Origin: Azolla caroliniana | Taxonomy: Eukaryota > Plantae > Polypodiophyta | DNA length: 64,000 bases | NCBI GenBank assembly: GCA_043228905.1 | Contig: JBHGNT010000015.1 | Span: 20,026,001-20,090,000 of the forward strand | Reading direction: 5' to 3' | Shown here: in pieces, positions 1-14,559 of the stretch | Position numbering within the stretch: the stretch's first letter is position 1 | Layout of the letters: each line of letters begins with the position of its first letter | Made by a program: the position numbers and the translations under genes | Notes under the pieces: generated by a model | What the model was told of the DNA's origin: nothing | The model's input: only the letters and a program-made list of their open reading frames with translations | Database searches by the model: none

Positions 1-227
1 TGCAAATGGAGTGATGAATTACACCCTGGCTATAATCTGTGGATGTTAACCAACATGTCATCTCCATAAATAAATAAGCATAGCTATTTTCTTATTCTGA
101 ATTTTTTTGGGGCTTTTTTTAACAATAATCTGTCTCTCTAAGACACAGTCTATCGTTAAAAAAGTGGTTGGCATTCATAGCAATCTATAGAGCATAATCG
201 CCCCACACTAAATTTCTCGATCAACTA

Positions 228-2847
<2,620 letters not shown>

Positions 2848-3074
2848 CTGATGAATGTGGAGAAATGAAATTATGGAAGAATTTTGTACGCAGAACTCAA
2901 TGCAAGTTTGGTCGTGATGAATTAAGAGCTTTTCCGATTTAACTTGAAGATGGATAAAGATATTCACAATCTGAAATCATAGCTGCGTACGATCCAATAT
3001 GAGCGAGCTGAATCCATGGATTACTGCCATATGCTGGGAAAGAATGAAAACAAAACAAAGGAAGGAATGAACGA

Positions 3075-3695
3075 ACGGAAGAAGAAGAAGAAGAAGAAGA
3101 AGCTTTGCCGAGAGGAAAGCTTCAGGGGATCGTGGAATGTGGAATGTGAAAGAACAACAAGGAAGAAGAAGAAGAAGAAGAAAAGCCAAGGGAGAAAAAG
3201 AAGCGTTTCTGAGAGGAAGCTTCAGTGCATATCATGGAATGTCGAAGAGAGAAGAGGGTATGGCGATGGCGATGGCGATGGCGATGAAGATAATGGAGAA
3301 GATGAATAAGAAGAAGAAAAGAAGGTTTTCTGAGAGGAGTAAGATTACTCAGCAGCGCATCATCGTGAAATCGTGCGGAAGAAGCAAGAAGAAGGAAGGA
3401 ATTTCCTACCAACGCTTATGAATTACAAAGTTTGAGCAAACTGTATGAAATCTGCAGGAATTAAGAAGATAAGAAGAATTAGTGAATGAAGAAACTGCAG
3501 TAGTAGATTCTGAAAGAGAAGAAGCAAGAATGGAATAGGGAAGAGGATTTTTTGGAAAAAGCTTGGCGGAGAAGCTCCTCGTTTTTATTTCTTCTTCTTC
3601 TTCTTCTTCTTCTTCTCTCTGATCAGAAGGAAGTACGAGAAGAAGAAGAAGAAGAATGTGGGAATGAGGTGAGATGGCGATGGCGATGGCGAAAT
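3075..3695. repeat. (GAA)n/(TTC)n and (GGCGAT)n microsatellite-rich 5' region of the kinase gene
   Basis: Several GAA/TTC runs and ggcgat hexamer runs. Confidence 0.8.
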
Positions 3696-4394
3696 TGATC
3701 GCCATGGCGAGCTCAGGCACAGTACACAGAAAAGATTTGTTCGTTTTTTTTCCGTTTTTGGTTTTTTTTAACGAATGATCTACGAGAATGGCCATTAAAC
3801 CCTAAACTAAATCCTTTTTTAGGGTTTTTTGTTCTTTTTTTAACGAATAATCTCCTGTGCAGGAGGAGGCTGCAGCATTAAAGAATTTATTGTTCTTATG
3901 AATCGACAAATTGAATTAAGCTGCCAAATTAATTGAATCCACGATTTAATTAACTTAACTAACTAAATAGGTACCACTCAAAGAAGCCAAATTTCTTAAT
4001 AATGAATGACACATGATGACGAACCTATTCAAAACTCAAATGTTTTCTGATAATTTTAAGAAGTGTGCTAATAATAATGTAATGGAAGTTCCATAGTACG
4101 TAATATACTCGAATGCATTGGAAACCATTCTTTTCCATACGAATGCGTATGTTATCAAAACATTCTTATGTTTTTTTTTTACACTTTTTACTTTAACTTT
4201 CTTACCTTAATTTTCTTTTTTTGCCATATAATAAGTAATGAATACAAAAAGTATGGTATTTACCATACTTCAAGGGTGTTTACCATACTCGAACGATTGC
4301 AACATTCTCGAATGAGAATGCACGTATGGAACTTATGGTTCATACTATGAATGGAACATCCATCATAATAGAGAGCCATCTCTAACCTATGTCC

Positions 4395-4575
4395 CTAACA
4401 TACATAAGTACATATATTCTAATGATCATACATACATACATACGTATATTCCAATGATCATACGTACATACATACATACACACATACATACATACATATA
4501 TTCCAATGATCATACGTACATACATACATACATACATTCCAATGATCATACATACATACATATATTCCAATGATC
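4395..4575. repeat. Compound (TACA)n minisatellite with ttccaatgatca spacers
   Basis: tattccaatgatca-(taca)n unit repeated about 5 times. Confidence 0.85.
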
Positions 4576-6997
4576 TTAAAACCCCATGGTGCCCAATATA
4601 CCAAACAATTACATATGTCTCACACTTATCGATTGTGTGAAACTCAAAGAAAATATGACTCGAATTTCCAGAAGTATCAATGCCTAAGTGATACTTTGAC
4701 ACGGAGAAAAGCATCGAAAAAATGGCCCTGTGTTCTCAAAATTAGTTGTAGTAAAATACCCCTATGTTAGTTCAATTATCACACGATCTTACTAACGCAT
4801 ATTTGTATTCCACCAATGTATACATGTCTCTATACGATGTTTCTACGGGAGGTGCTTGTTTTTTAACAACATGTAGATTGATTGATCTTTGATCATTTGT
4901 GTTGATTATCTACTTAGAAACCAAACCATCATGGTACTCTTTAGAATTCAACCTAGGCCAACATTATTTGTTTTGTGCTCTAGGTTTGTACCTATCTATT
5001 CCCTTTTTTTTTTCTCCTCTTTGTTCAAGTGTAGAGCCCTTGGCTTCAACATGAATTACCACTTGCAACAATACACATAAAATCATAGATGATAACCATG
5101 ATCATGGTTGTTTTGGTCCACTATTATCAGTAGAATAAAATCATGTGATGACTTTCAGTTCAAGAAACTTAATCGTAACCTAGAGTATTAGAAGTAGGCG
5201 AGTTCAACAAAAATGGTGCTATTCTACAAGGTGTGAATATGTCTAAACCTTAATCTTCTCTTTGCAAAATGTTTAGTTATTAGCCACCTTAAATTGTGGA
5301 TAAAGTTTTGTTCGTTCAACTATGTGATTGCCCTAACTAAATCACCTTCACAAAAGTACGAGCCAATTTCAATGCATTCATTTCATGAATGCAAAGCACA
5401 TCTAGCTTTGTAACCCAAAAACCACACCACACAAGCAAAGAGGCAAGCAATTGCCAAGTTTCTTCATCCAAATCGTACTACTTATGAGGAAACTACTATA
5501 TCAATATTCAAACATAGAGAATTGGTGTCATTTATGGAAAACAAAGATTTGTCGTTTTGTAGCAAAATGTTTTTGATGTGTAGAAACTTAGCACTCAAAG
5601 TCATGTTCTTTGTATTCTCAAGTTTGTCTACACGATTATTCACATGATTCCTTCTTATGACATTGAGTAGAGAAAAAGCAACATATTTTAGGGGAGAGGC
5701 ACACTATTGGTTTTAAGAATTTAAATTATGTATGATGTAACAAGATTTGCATCGTTTGATAGAGGCCACAATGGAAGGGCACAAAGCTTGTGTGTAGTGA
5801 AAAAGCAATCCTTTTAGGGTGCCTACTCTAGTTTGCCAAAGTTGATATTGCTATAGGATGGGATATGAACCTACTACATGATGACCCCTAAACAACCAAA
5901 AACATGGTTACAAAAACTCAAAGTGAGACATCAATTCAACACCTAATAGCCTACTTTGTTGGCCAACATGTCATATCCTTGTTGTTGGGTTTTTGGGCTT
6001 ACCCATTTGCAAGTGAAGCACATTTCATAATCAACCAAACTTAATAGATATGAGTCTTTTCTATGACTCGATGTTATTATAATGAGACTTTTCAATATGT
6101 AATAAGATATTGGTGTTCTCTTTAGGAAGTCTAATGGGAGGGTGCCGAGCTCAATATACCAATGTTTTATTGTAGGAAAATTCAAGAGGTAATTGTTACA
6201 AAAATGGTTTTATATGAATCATGATGGTCATAGGTCTCCGTGCCCATTTTGAGTATTCTTTGGCACTTGCATAACAGTCCTCACATTTAAATTCATCAAT
6301 AACTTCTTTACCTGCTAAATCCTCCCTTTATAGCATCTATACTAATTCATTAAGACATTCACAAAGAAGAGGTAATAATGTGTCACAATTTTTATGTGCA
6401 CACATGCTTGACAGGATAAGTGAAACAGTTATCCTTATAGGTTATCAAAGCTTATTGCTATGCCAATATAGGAGCATGGAGGTCATGTCCATGGTTTGGG
6501 ACAATAGGCATGTTTCATAGCAGCTGATGGACCATCCCTTCTGGTAATTTGTTTGACAGGGTGTTCGACCATCTTTGATGTACACATTTAGGGTCTCATC
6601 AATCTATCCATCTTTCCTCCTAAACAATGACAAGGGTTACACACAATTTGCATGGCTATGATTTCACCATAGACCAAAGGTCTCACAATTAGGACAGGTC
6701 ACAAGGCGTGTTAGGAGCCTTATCATTTCAGTGTGGTGGCCTCCCATTGGTTCAGAAAAAAACAATCCTTAGCTTCCGAGTGTTGTATCATAGTATTTGA
6801 ATGTGGGTCTTAAAATACGAGTAACTAGGACATAATACTCATGATGATCTGATCGTAGTTTACCATTTTCGTTACCATCTCTTTGTGAATGCTAACTTTA
6901 TTTTCTTGCATTAGTTTACCACTGTCATTTTTATGTCTGCCCTTTCTGAAGCCACAGGGCTGTACTAGTTATTAAGGGTATAGATAATACCCTGACC

Positions 6998-7545
6998 GTG
7001 AACTTTCAACTCTTTTCGAACCAACTTCCATCATGAATATACATGGTACAACTTCGTACAACTTCTTTGGTTTACGGAGAATATCGCATGTTGGCACATA
7101 TCAAGTTTATAACTTCCATGTTGCAGCCAAAATATTCGCTCAATCAACATAGGCTGAGCATTTTCAGGATTCAAGTGAGCATACTCATTGGTTTGTGAAC
7201 TTTGTGAATCTTTTCAGACTCACTTTCCATGGTATAAATTCTACTTTGGTTATGGAGAATATCACATGTAGGCACATATCAAGTTTTTGACTATCATGCT
7301 GCAGTGAAAATAATTGACGAATCAACATAGGATGAGGCATTTTCAGGATTCAACGTACACATTGCTATGTGAACTTTCGACTCTTTCCATCATGAGTATC
7401 CATGGAACAATTTCTACTTTGGTTTATGGAGAATATTGAATGTAGGCACTTATCAAGTCTCAACTATCATGCTGCAGCCAAAATATTTGACAAATCAACA
7501 TAGGATGAGGCATTTTCAGGATTCAAGTGGAACATACTCATCGCT
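6998..7545 (-). repeat. Tandem triplication (~175-195 bp unit) of the PPR gene's last codons plus 3' UTR
   Basis: gcagccaaaatatt...aatcaacatagg..gcattttcaggattcaa seen at ~7123, ~7301 and ~7474. Confidence 0.85.
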
Positions 7546-9830
7546 ATGGAAAAACCACGCTCAATATCATTGTGAATTTTGCATGCCCCAAGTAGGCTTG
7601 ACAGAGCTGATAGAAGTTGTTCACATGCCATAGATTTAGAGAGCTGCTCTGCTACGATTAGCTGACCTGCCCGGCCATATAGATCAGTAAGACAGGCCAA
7701 ATGCTCCTCATTTAGAAGTGGACCATAGGATTTGCTTAGAAGGAAGAAGTATCTTAGGCCATCCTCTACTAGACCCCCGTGACTACATGCTGTAAGAATA
7801 CAAACAAAGGTAACTTCGTTGGGCTCAATCTCTTGTCGCCCCATCTGTTTGAACAAATTCATAGCTTCTTTTGTACATCCATTTTGTGCACAAGCTGAAA
7901 GTGCTGTATTCCATGAAACCAAATCTCGCCTATTCATCAAAGAAAACTGACTAATTGCATCAGTAACACTTCCACACTTCCCATACATGTTGATAAGAGC
8001 ATTGATAACGATCTCATCATCATTGCATCCACAGTTTAATATAGCATTATGAACCTCTTTACCTTCTTCATAAGCAGCAAGACAGCCACAAGCATCCAGC
8101 ACACAAATGAATGTGACACTGTTTGGATGAAATCCACCCAGCTGCATTTCATAGAACAGATCCAAGGCTTCTTTGTCATGCTCTAAATGTTTAAATGTTG
8201 CTAATAGAGCGGTCCAAGATACCACATCTTGTTCAGTTATTCTCTGGAAAGTCTTCTTTGCATCATGAAAACTGTAAAACTTGTCATACACACTGATAAG
8301 GGCTGTTCCAACTGAGGTATTTTCATCACGTTCATCACAAACCATGGCATGATGAAGTATTCGGCCTTCATTCAAATTTCTACATGCTTCCAGAACAGAT
8401 ACAACGGTTACCACATTAGGATTTATGCCTTTCATTTGCATCTGGCAATAGAGATCGATAGCTTCTTTCTCATTACCACTCTGAGCACAAACTATAATTA
8501 AAGTGCTCCAGGTCACTACGTTTGTCATTGGTAAATTACAAAACACGCATCTTGCATGAAGTATATGTCCACATTTCCCATAGAAATTGATAAGGGAGTT
8601 TCCTAGAATGAGCTCATTGCCATAGCCATTCTCTATAATTGAAGCATGAATAGCCTGTCCAACTTCTAAAAGACCCAAGTTTCCACATGCATCGAGAACA
8701 CTAAGAAAAACAATTCTATCCGGCTTTATGCCATACCCCTGCATTCGATGGAAGAGATATAGAACCTCTTTAAAGCTTCCATTTTCGGCACAAGACCCCA
8801 TCAAAGCACTCCAAGTTACCACATTCGGCCGATCCATCTTACTGAATAAATTTCTTGCATCGGGTAAACTAGCACATTTACCAAACATATCAACAAGTGC
8901 ATTACCTACAGGGAGATTCTTTTCATACCCACATCCTATAATTACCATGTGAACCTTTTGCCCTTCCACTAAATCTCTCAAGTTTGCACATGCATCTATT
9001 ATAGATATACAAGTAATGTGGTTAGGTTGAAGGTTTGAGACCATAATTTCATGAAACATTTCCAACGCTTTTTTGTCTTGACCATTACGAACATATGCAG
9101 CAATCAATGCACTCCATGTGACAACATTCTTTGCTTTCATTTTCATGAAAACACCTTCAGCTTCATGTGTCTCGCCACATCTTCCATACATAGTAATAAG
9201 GGCATTCCCAACTATAATATCATCTTCAAAGTGGAATTCGATGATCGAATTATGAATCTTATACCCAATTTGCATGTCTATACATGCATCTAAGACACAA
9301 ATGAGAGTGACATTTGATGGATTTGATCCACATATTTGCATTTCAGCAAAGTGTTCAATGGCATCTTGGCAACATCCGTTTTGAGCATACGCAGCTATCA
9401 TAGTATTCCATGCAATAACATCAGGATGTGGCATCTTATCAAATACATCTCTCGCCTTTGAAACTTCGCCATTCTGACTGTATGCTTTAATGAGCACAGT
9501 CCATGATACGTTATTAGGGTTTATGATTCGAGCAAATGTATTCTTTGCATCTTCAGTGGAGCCACAAAGGCCATACATTTGGACAAGGCAATTTGCAAGG
9601 AACGAAGAAGGGTTTTGCCCATACCTTATGATGATTTGAGAGTGCATAGCTCTTCCTTCTTGCAAGGATTTGTTGTGTCCATATCGTTTCAAAGTCTCGA
9701 TGACATGGCCAAACCCTACATCTTCTCTCCGCATACCGTCTTTGGAATGGGTTTCTGGAGCTGAGAGGGAGGAGAAGCTTGATGAAGTTCTCTTCATTTG
9801 CTCTGTTCTTCTCCATAGCTGTGGAAGCAT
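7467..9830 (-). CDS. PLS-class pentatricopeptide repeat protein with truncated E domain, 787 aa, intronless; probable organellar RNA-editing factor
   Basis: Repeated P-L-S motifs (NALITMYGRCG, VVTWSALIAAY, PNHITCISIIDAC); E motif LSSLLGACKIH...PENASSYVDLSNI; Ser/Arg-rich N-terminus resembling a transit peptide. Confidence 0.93.
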   Translation of the reverse strand: MLPQLWRRTEQMKRTSSSFSSLSAPETHSKDGMRREDVGFGHVIETLKRYGHNKSLQEGRAMHSQIIIRYGQNPSSFLANCLVQMYGLCGSTEDAKNTFARIINPNNVSWTVLIKAYSQNGEVSKARDVFDKMPHPDVIAWNTMIAAYAQNGCCQDAIEHFAEMQICGSNPSNVTLICVLDACIDMQIGYKIHNSIIEFHFEDDIIVGNALITMYGRCGETHEAEGVFMKMKAKNVVTWSALIAAYVRNGQDKKALEMFHEIMVSNLQPNHITCISIIDACANLRDLVEGQKVHMVIIGCGYEKNLPVGNALVDMFGKCASLPDARNLFSKMDRPNVVTWSALMGSCAENGSFKEVLYLFHRMQGYGIKPDRIVFLSVLDACGNLGLLEVGQAIHASIIENGYGNELILGNSLINFYGKCGHILHARCVFCNLPMTNVVTWSTLIIVCAQSGNEKEAIDLYCQMQMKGINPNVVTVVSVLEACRNLNEGRILHHAMVCDERDENTSVGTALISVYDKFYSFHDAKKTFQRITEQDVVSWTALLATFKHLEHDKEALDLFYEMQLGGFHPNSVTFICVLDACGCLAAYEEGKEVHNAILNCGCNDDEIVINALINMYGKCGSVTDAISQFSLMNRRDLVSWNTALSACAQNGCTKEAMNLFKQMGRQEIEPNEVTFVCILTACSHGGLVEDGLRYFFLLSKSYGPLLNEEHLACLTDLYGRAGQLIVAEQLSKSMACEQLLSALSSLLGACKIHNDIERGFSIAMSMFHLNPENASSYVDLSNILAAA

Positions 9831-9881
9831 GAACTCCGTGTCTACTCTGCATTCTCGAGCTTAAGAAGTTTACTCAGGGAC

Positions 9882-10545
9882 GATCCATGAACTAGAACAA
9901 AACAAATCCTGGGAGGCCACCCCTGAATTTCTCTTTATTCACCAAGATGCCCCTTAGAGTTTATATTTAGAAATTAGATTCCGATTCTCATTGCGATTGC
10001 GATTCCGATGCCATGAGCGGCGCATTGTGTGCAGAGACATCGATTTATTCGCAAGCGAATGTGACCCCTTGATCTGTCGCTTTTAGGCCTCAAATTCAAA
10101 AGATTGCGATCCATGAACTAGAAACAAAACAAATCTTGGCAGGGCACCCTTGGGTTTCTCTTTATTCACCCAGATGCCCCTTTGTATTTATATTTAGAAA
10201 TTAGATTCCGATTCCATTAGCGGCGCATTGTGTGCAGAGACATCGATTTATTCGCAAGCGAATGTGACCCCTTGATTTGTTGCTTTTAGGCCTCAAATTC
10301 AAAAGATTGCGATCCGTGAACTAGAAACAAAACAAATCTTGACAAGGCACCCTTGGGTTTCTCTTTATTCACCCAGATGCCCCTTTGTGTTTATATTTAG
10401 AAATTAGATTCCGATTCCGACGATTTTGATTCCAATTCCAATTCCATGAGCGGAACGTTGTGTATAGAGACATCAATTTATTCGCAAGCAAAGGTGACCC
10501 CTTTATCTGTAGTTTTTAGGCCTTGAATTCAAAAGATTGTGATCC
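9882..10545. repeat. ~205-225 bp tandem repeat x3 immediately upstream of the PPR gene
   Basis: gatccatgaactaga(a)acaaaacaaatc...ttcgcaagcgaatgtgacccc...ttcaaaagattg at ~9882, ~10109 and ~10311. Confidence 0.9.
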
Positions 10546-11101
10546 TTGAGAGGTATCCTCCTTCTTCAAAGTCTTTGTGAGTAAAGGCATCATTGGAGCC
10601 GGATAACAAGACACGGGTTTTTCTTATCTGTTATGGTTTGTTATCAACCAGGCTATACACATAGTGTCACTAATTGGCAGTGACATGCGTTATAATGGTC
10701 CCATCAATTCGGCTATCATTAAATGTATGTGAGTATTTACGTCCATGACAAATGTATGGACCAAGGGGGGCGGGAGGGAGGGACAACATGGTTTTGAGAC
10801 ACCCATTGTGTGTGACTCACAAGTTCAAGGCACCATGTCATATGGACTATACATTGATCCCTTAAACCACATGCACATCTCTCATTGATCCATGAAGCCA
10901 CATGCATGTCTCTCCTCACCGTTTGTCTCTAACCTTCATCATCTTTAATTCTTTTGACTTGCACCTTCCTTCTGCTAGAAGGTTTCTTTGACTAGTCGAT
11001 TCCTCGACAAGTTTATTCAACTAAGGAGCCTTAGATTAGTCGTTCTTCGACTAGTCGATTCCTCGAATAAGGAGCCTTCAACTAGTCGAGTCGACAAGTT
11101 T

Positions 11102-13430
11102 TTTTTTCCCCAAAAAAGATACTACATTAGTATTAGAAAACACCATAAGGCTAAACATACAAGATATACCATCAATCCCCTATGTTTTTCTAAATTCTAA
11201 CCATCGGCTTAAATAAATACTTTGGTGTTGAGTGAACCACTTCACCTTATCAAAACGCCATCTATAGAATATACCTATGTCCCAAATGGCATGAAACTCC
11301 AAACGCTTAAGCTCTGCTTGATGCGTATTACCTTTTATACTATCCAAAAACCCTCTGAGATTATGCACAATCTCTATCCAAATTCCTAAATTTATTTGGG
11401 CATGTCTTTTAGTCACATTTTGAAATACCTTCAAACATCGAGCCTTCCAAATATACCAAATTGTAATACTACTTACCAATTGCCATATTTGAGGTTTATC
11501 AGTTTGTATTTGTGGATTTAGAGTGATCAATTTTTTTTCCATCAAACCATGTCTCATCACAATAGCATCTACAACCTCCTCCTGTTCATATACCATAGGT
11601 TTATCATGTACCACCGCCCATAATACCGCACCCCATGTATACACTGTTGTAGGATATACTAGAGTTAATAATTTTATGATTCGTTTCCATATGTCCAGAG
11701 CAAAATCACAACTCCACAAACAATGTTTAGCGGTCTCTATTACATCTATACAAAAAGGGCACATATTGTCTACATTTCCTTTTCGCCACCCATTAATTGG
11801 TATAGCATTATGAACCAACGACCATCGAAAACAAATTAACAATTTTCCTACTCATCTTTATACCCAATAGCCATTTCCAAAATTGTTTGAGATGTTGTGG
11901 AGAAAGTCCATTTCATCTCCAAACAACATTTGCAGTTGGTACTTTCCATGATCTAGCACCTAATATTTTCCTACCAATTGTCATAGAATACTGAAAGAAT
12001 GGCATGTATTTGATGTGATCTTGCACCTACACCTTCCAATACAGTTCTCTAGGATCCCAAGTTAGTCTAGATATTGGTCTCCTTTCCATAATCCAAATCC
12101 TCCAAAAATAATTCACCTTTTGAGGATCCAGGTCTAAGACCCAATTTGATCCATCATTTGCAATCATCCTCACTTCTTTATGCAAACAAAACCTAAACAA
12201 ATAATTTTCCTTAGGTGTAAAGATTAGCCAACCATCATCTTGTACATCAAAACTCATACACTCTTGTTCCCCAATATAGGCTTTAACTCCAATTAAAACA
12301 TCCAATGGAGTAAATAAACCCATCCACTTATGTGTAGCAAATCCAATTTGCATCTGAGTATTAAAAAGGGCATTTTGTATTGCAGAATACATTATCTTCC
12401 CACCCCTTATATTACTAATTAGTATCATTGGTTGATCTATAGGTTTAGACAGAAATGTTGTCCATGCACCTATAGACTCTGTTGGTCCACAATCTAATTC
12501 GGCCCATGCACATCTAGTACGCATTCCCAACATCTGCCCTCTCTGGTCAATCAACCATGAATTCCAAATCAGGGGTTGTCTACAGAATTCAAATTTTGTT
12601 TTTGGCAATGTCTTAACTAAATCAAGAGAAATATCTTTCCATGCATTAAGAACACATCGAGCAAATCTCTCTTCCCAGTTTGTGGCCATAACCAATTTAT
12701 TATGTTCCATAAAAGCCCATCTAAAACTAGGCCTCCAATCTCCACCAGTTTTGGGACAAAACTTTTGCAATTCATAAAACAACAATTATTTCCAAGGTTC
12801 CGATCCTGGCAACAATCCTCGAATCACCAAATTTGCAATCAAAGCTTTGGACTGTTGTAATGGATCTACAATCCCTAATCCTCCTTGATCCAATGGCTTA
12901 ACAATTGTGGACCAAGAGACTTTTGCCCCGGCATCACTTCCATCATTACCATACCACACATAATTTCGAATCAATCTTTGTAATTGTCCCATACATGATC
13001 TTGAAAAACTCCAACATGACATAATATACCAAAGAATAGACAACAAAACTTGATTAACAACTATCACTCTACCCGCAAATGATAGTTTAGTTTTACTCCA
13101 AAACAATAGTTTTTCCTGATTTTCAATAACAAAGAAGCAACCTGAATTTCTGAAGAAATATTCAAACCTACTTGACATCCCAAATATCTAATTGAAGTGC
13201 CCTTGGGAATCCATCAGAAATCTGGATGAGGACTCCATTGTGGAGTTGTGGAATTGGACGACACCCAAAAACCCACTGATTTATTCCAATTAATTGATGC
13301 ACCTGAAGCCATACAAAATGTTTGCACTACTATGTACATTTTCTGTAGATTATTATTTTGACCATCCAGATACAAACTTGTGTCATCAGCAAATTCTACA
13401 TCGACAACATTTGTCCCATCAATCGGCTTT
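11102..13430 (-). mobile_element. 5'-truncated L1-clade LINE (end of RT plus zf-RVT), frameshifted
   Basis: EFADDT, LSFAGRVIVVNQVL, GGLGIVD, CPFCIDVIETAKHCLWSC, WYIWKARC; T-run at 11099-11107; candidate TSD GACAAGTTT at 11093-11101 and 13431-13439. Confidence 0.9.
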
Positions 13431-13585
13431 GACAAGTTTCTTCGACTAGTCAATCCTTCAAAAACCTCATTCAACATCTTTTTTCTCCGAGTCGTTTTCT
13501 TCTATGTACTCCCCTTTCGTCTCCTCCATCTTTTCAACACTCCCTAGTCCAAGGCAACCATGTTCCTGCTCAAGTAACACATACA

Positions 13586-13999
13586 TGCGCAATTACACAA
13601 CGGGTCGGCCTATGCATGCGTGAAGAGCCAAGATGGGAGGAATTCCATCCAATTCATCACAGTAAGGCCCACCCATGAGCATAACCGGAACTCCATCAAA
13701 CGCGAAAACCAAGAGGATTTTTTATGTGGTCCCTCTTGGTTTTCACCTTTGAGGGAGTTCCGGTTATGCTCATGGGTGGGCCTTACTGTGATGAATTGGA
13801 TGGAATTCCTCCCATCTTGGCTCTTCACGCATGCATAGGCCGACCCGTTCCACCACATAAAAAATCCTCTTGGTTTTCGCCTTTGAGGGAGTTCTGGTTA
13901 TGCTCATGGGTGGGCCTTACTGTGATGAATTGGATGGAATTCCTCCCATCTTGGCTCTTCACGCATGCATAGGCCGACCTGTTGTTGTGTAATTGCGCA
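13586..13999. repeat. Near-perfect inverted triplication (A, inverted A', inverted A') with hairpin potential
   Basis: 13586-13729 is the reverse complement of 13852-13999 and, in part, of 13732-13849. Confidence 0.95.
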
Positions 14000-14029
14000 C
14001 GTGTAATTCATCATAGTAAGGCTCGTTTT

Positions 14030-14556
14030 TAAACAAGGTTTGTTCAATGATTGACTCACGAATTGGAGTAAGTCAATTTTTAAAGAAGGTGATAATAATC
14101 AAGTATCAAATTATCATACTATCATGGTGAGCTCAACTATTGCTAAATTGTATAACACTATCATGGAACACAAGGTAAGTGCATGGGTTGAAAGTCAAAA
14201 CAAACAAGCACTTGGGTAAACATGTTTTAGACCAAAACACTACACGGTAGATCATTGTTACGAGCATGAACATAATTTATCCTGTGGTAGTTTGTATGGT
14301 AGCATTCTGCACACGAGGATAAATTATGTTCATGCCCTTAACTATCATCTAGTTACATTTAGGGTAATTATGGAAGAAAGTTGATTATAAGGAAATAGGC
14401 TCTATTGTTGGTTTGTTGATTTTAATAAAGCATTTGATATAGGACCATGAGGTGAGCTTTGGAATAGAATGGTAGAAATTGGCATACCATTAGAGTATTG
14501 AGTTGCTATTGCAGGATCATATGAGCAAATTAGATGCCAACTAAAAATTGAGAATG
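14030..14556 (+). mobile_element. Degenerate non-LTR (RTE-like) reverse transcriptase fragment
   Basis: NYHTIMVSSTIAKLY, FRPKHYTVDH/LVTFRVIMEES, CWFVDF.KAFD; homologous to 52880-53400 on the opposite strand. Confidence 0.8.
14256..14343. mobile_element. 88-bp TIR mini-element with 5-bp TSD (ATCAT)
   Basis: TGTTA...gcatgaacataatttatcct / aggataaattatgttcatgc...TAAC(T); removing it and one TSD copy restores the RT frame. Confidence 0.8.
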
Positions 14557-14559
14557 AAA

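Noticed and set aside
2977-3795. Lys/Glu/Leu-rich ORFs
   Set aside because: Translations of GAA/TTC microsatellites.
6470-6760. Stop-interrupted reading frame suggesting a gene relic
   Set aside because: No recognisable motif; cannot be supported without a search.
13610-13972. Three short ORFs with near-identical peptides on both strands
   Set aside because: By-product of the inverted triplication; no independent coding evidence.
13852-13999. Resemblance to a snRNA/snoRNA (TTTTCGCCTTT like U5 loop I; TGTGATGA like a C box)
   Set aside because: The U5 loop is incomplete (no CCTTTTAC) and no D box or Sm site sits in the right place.
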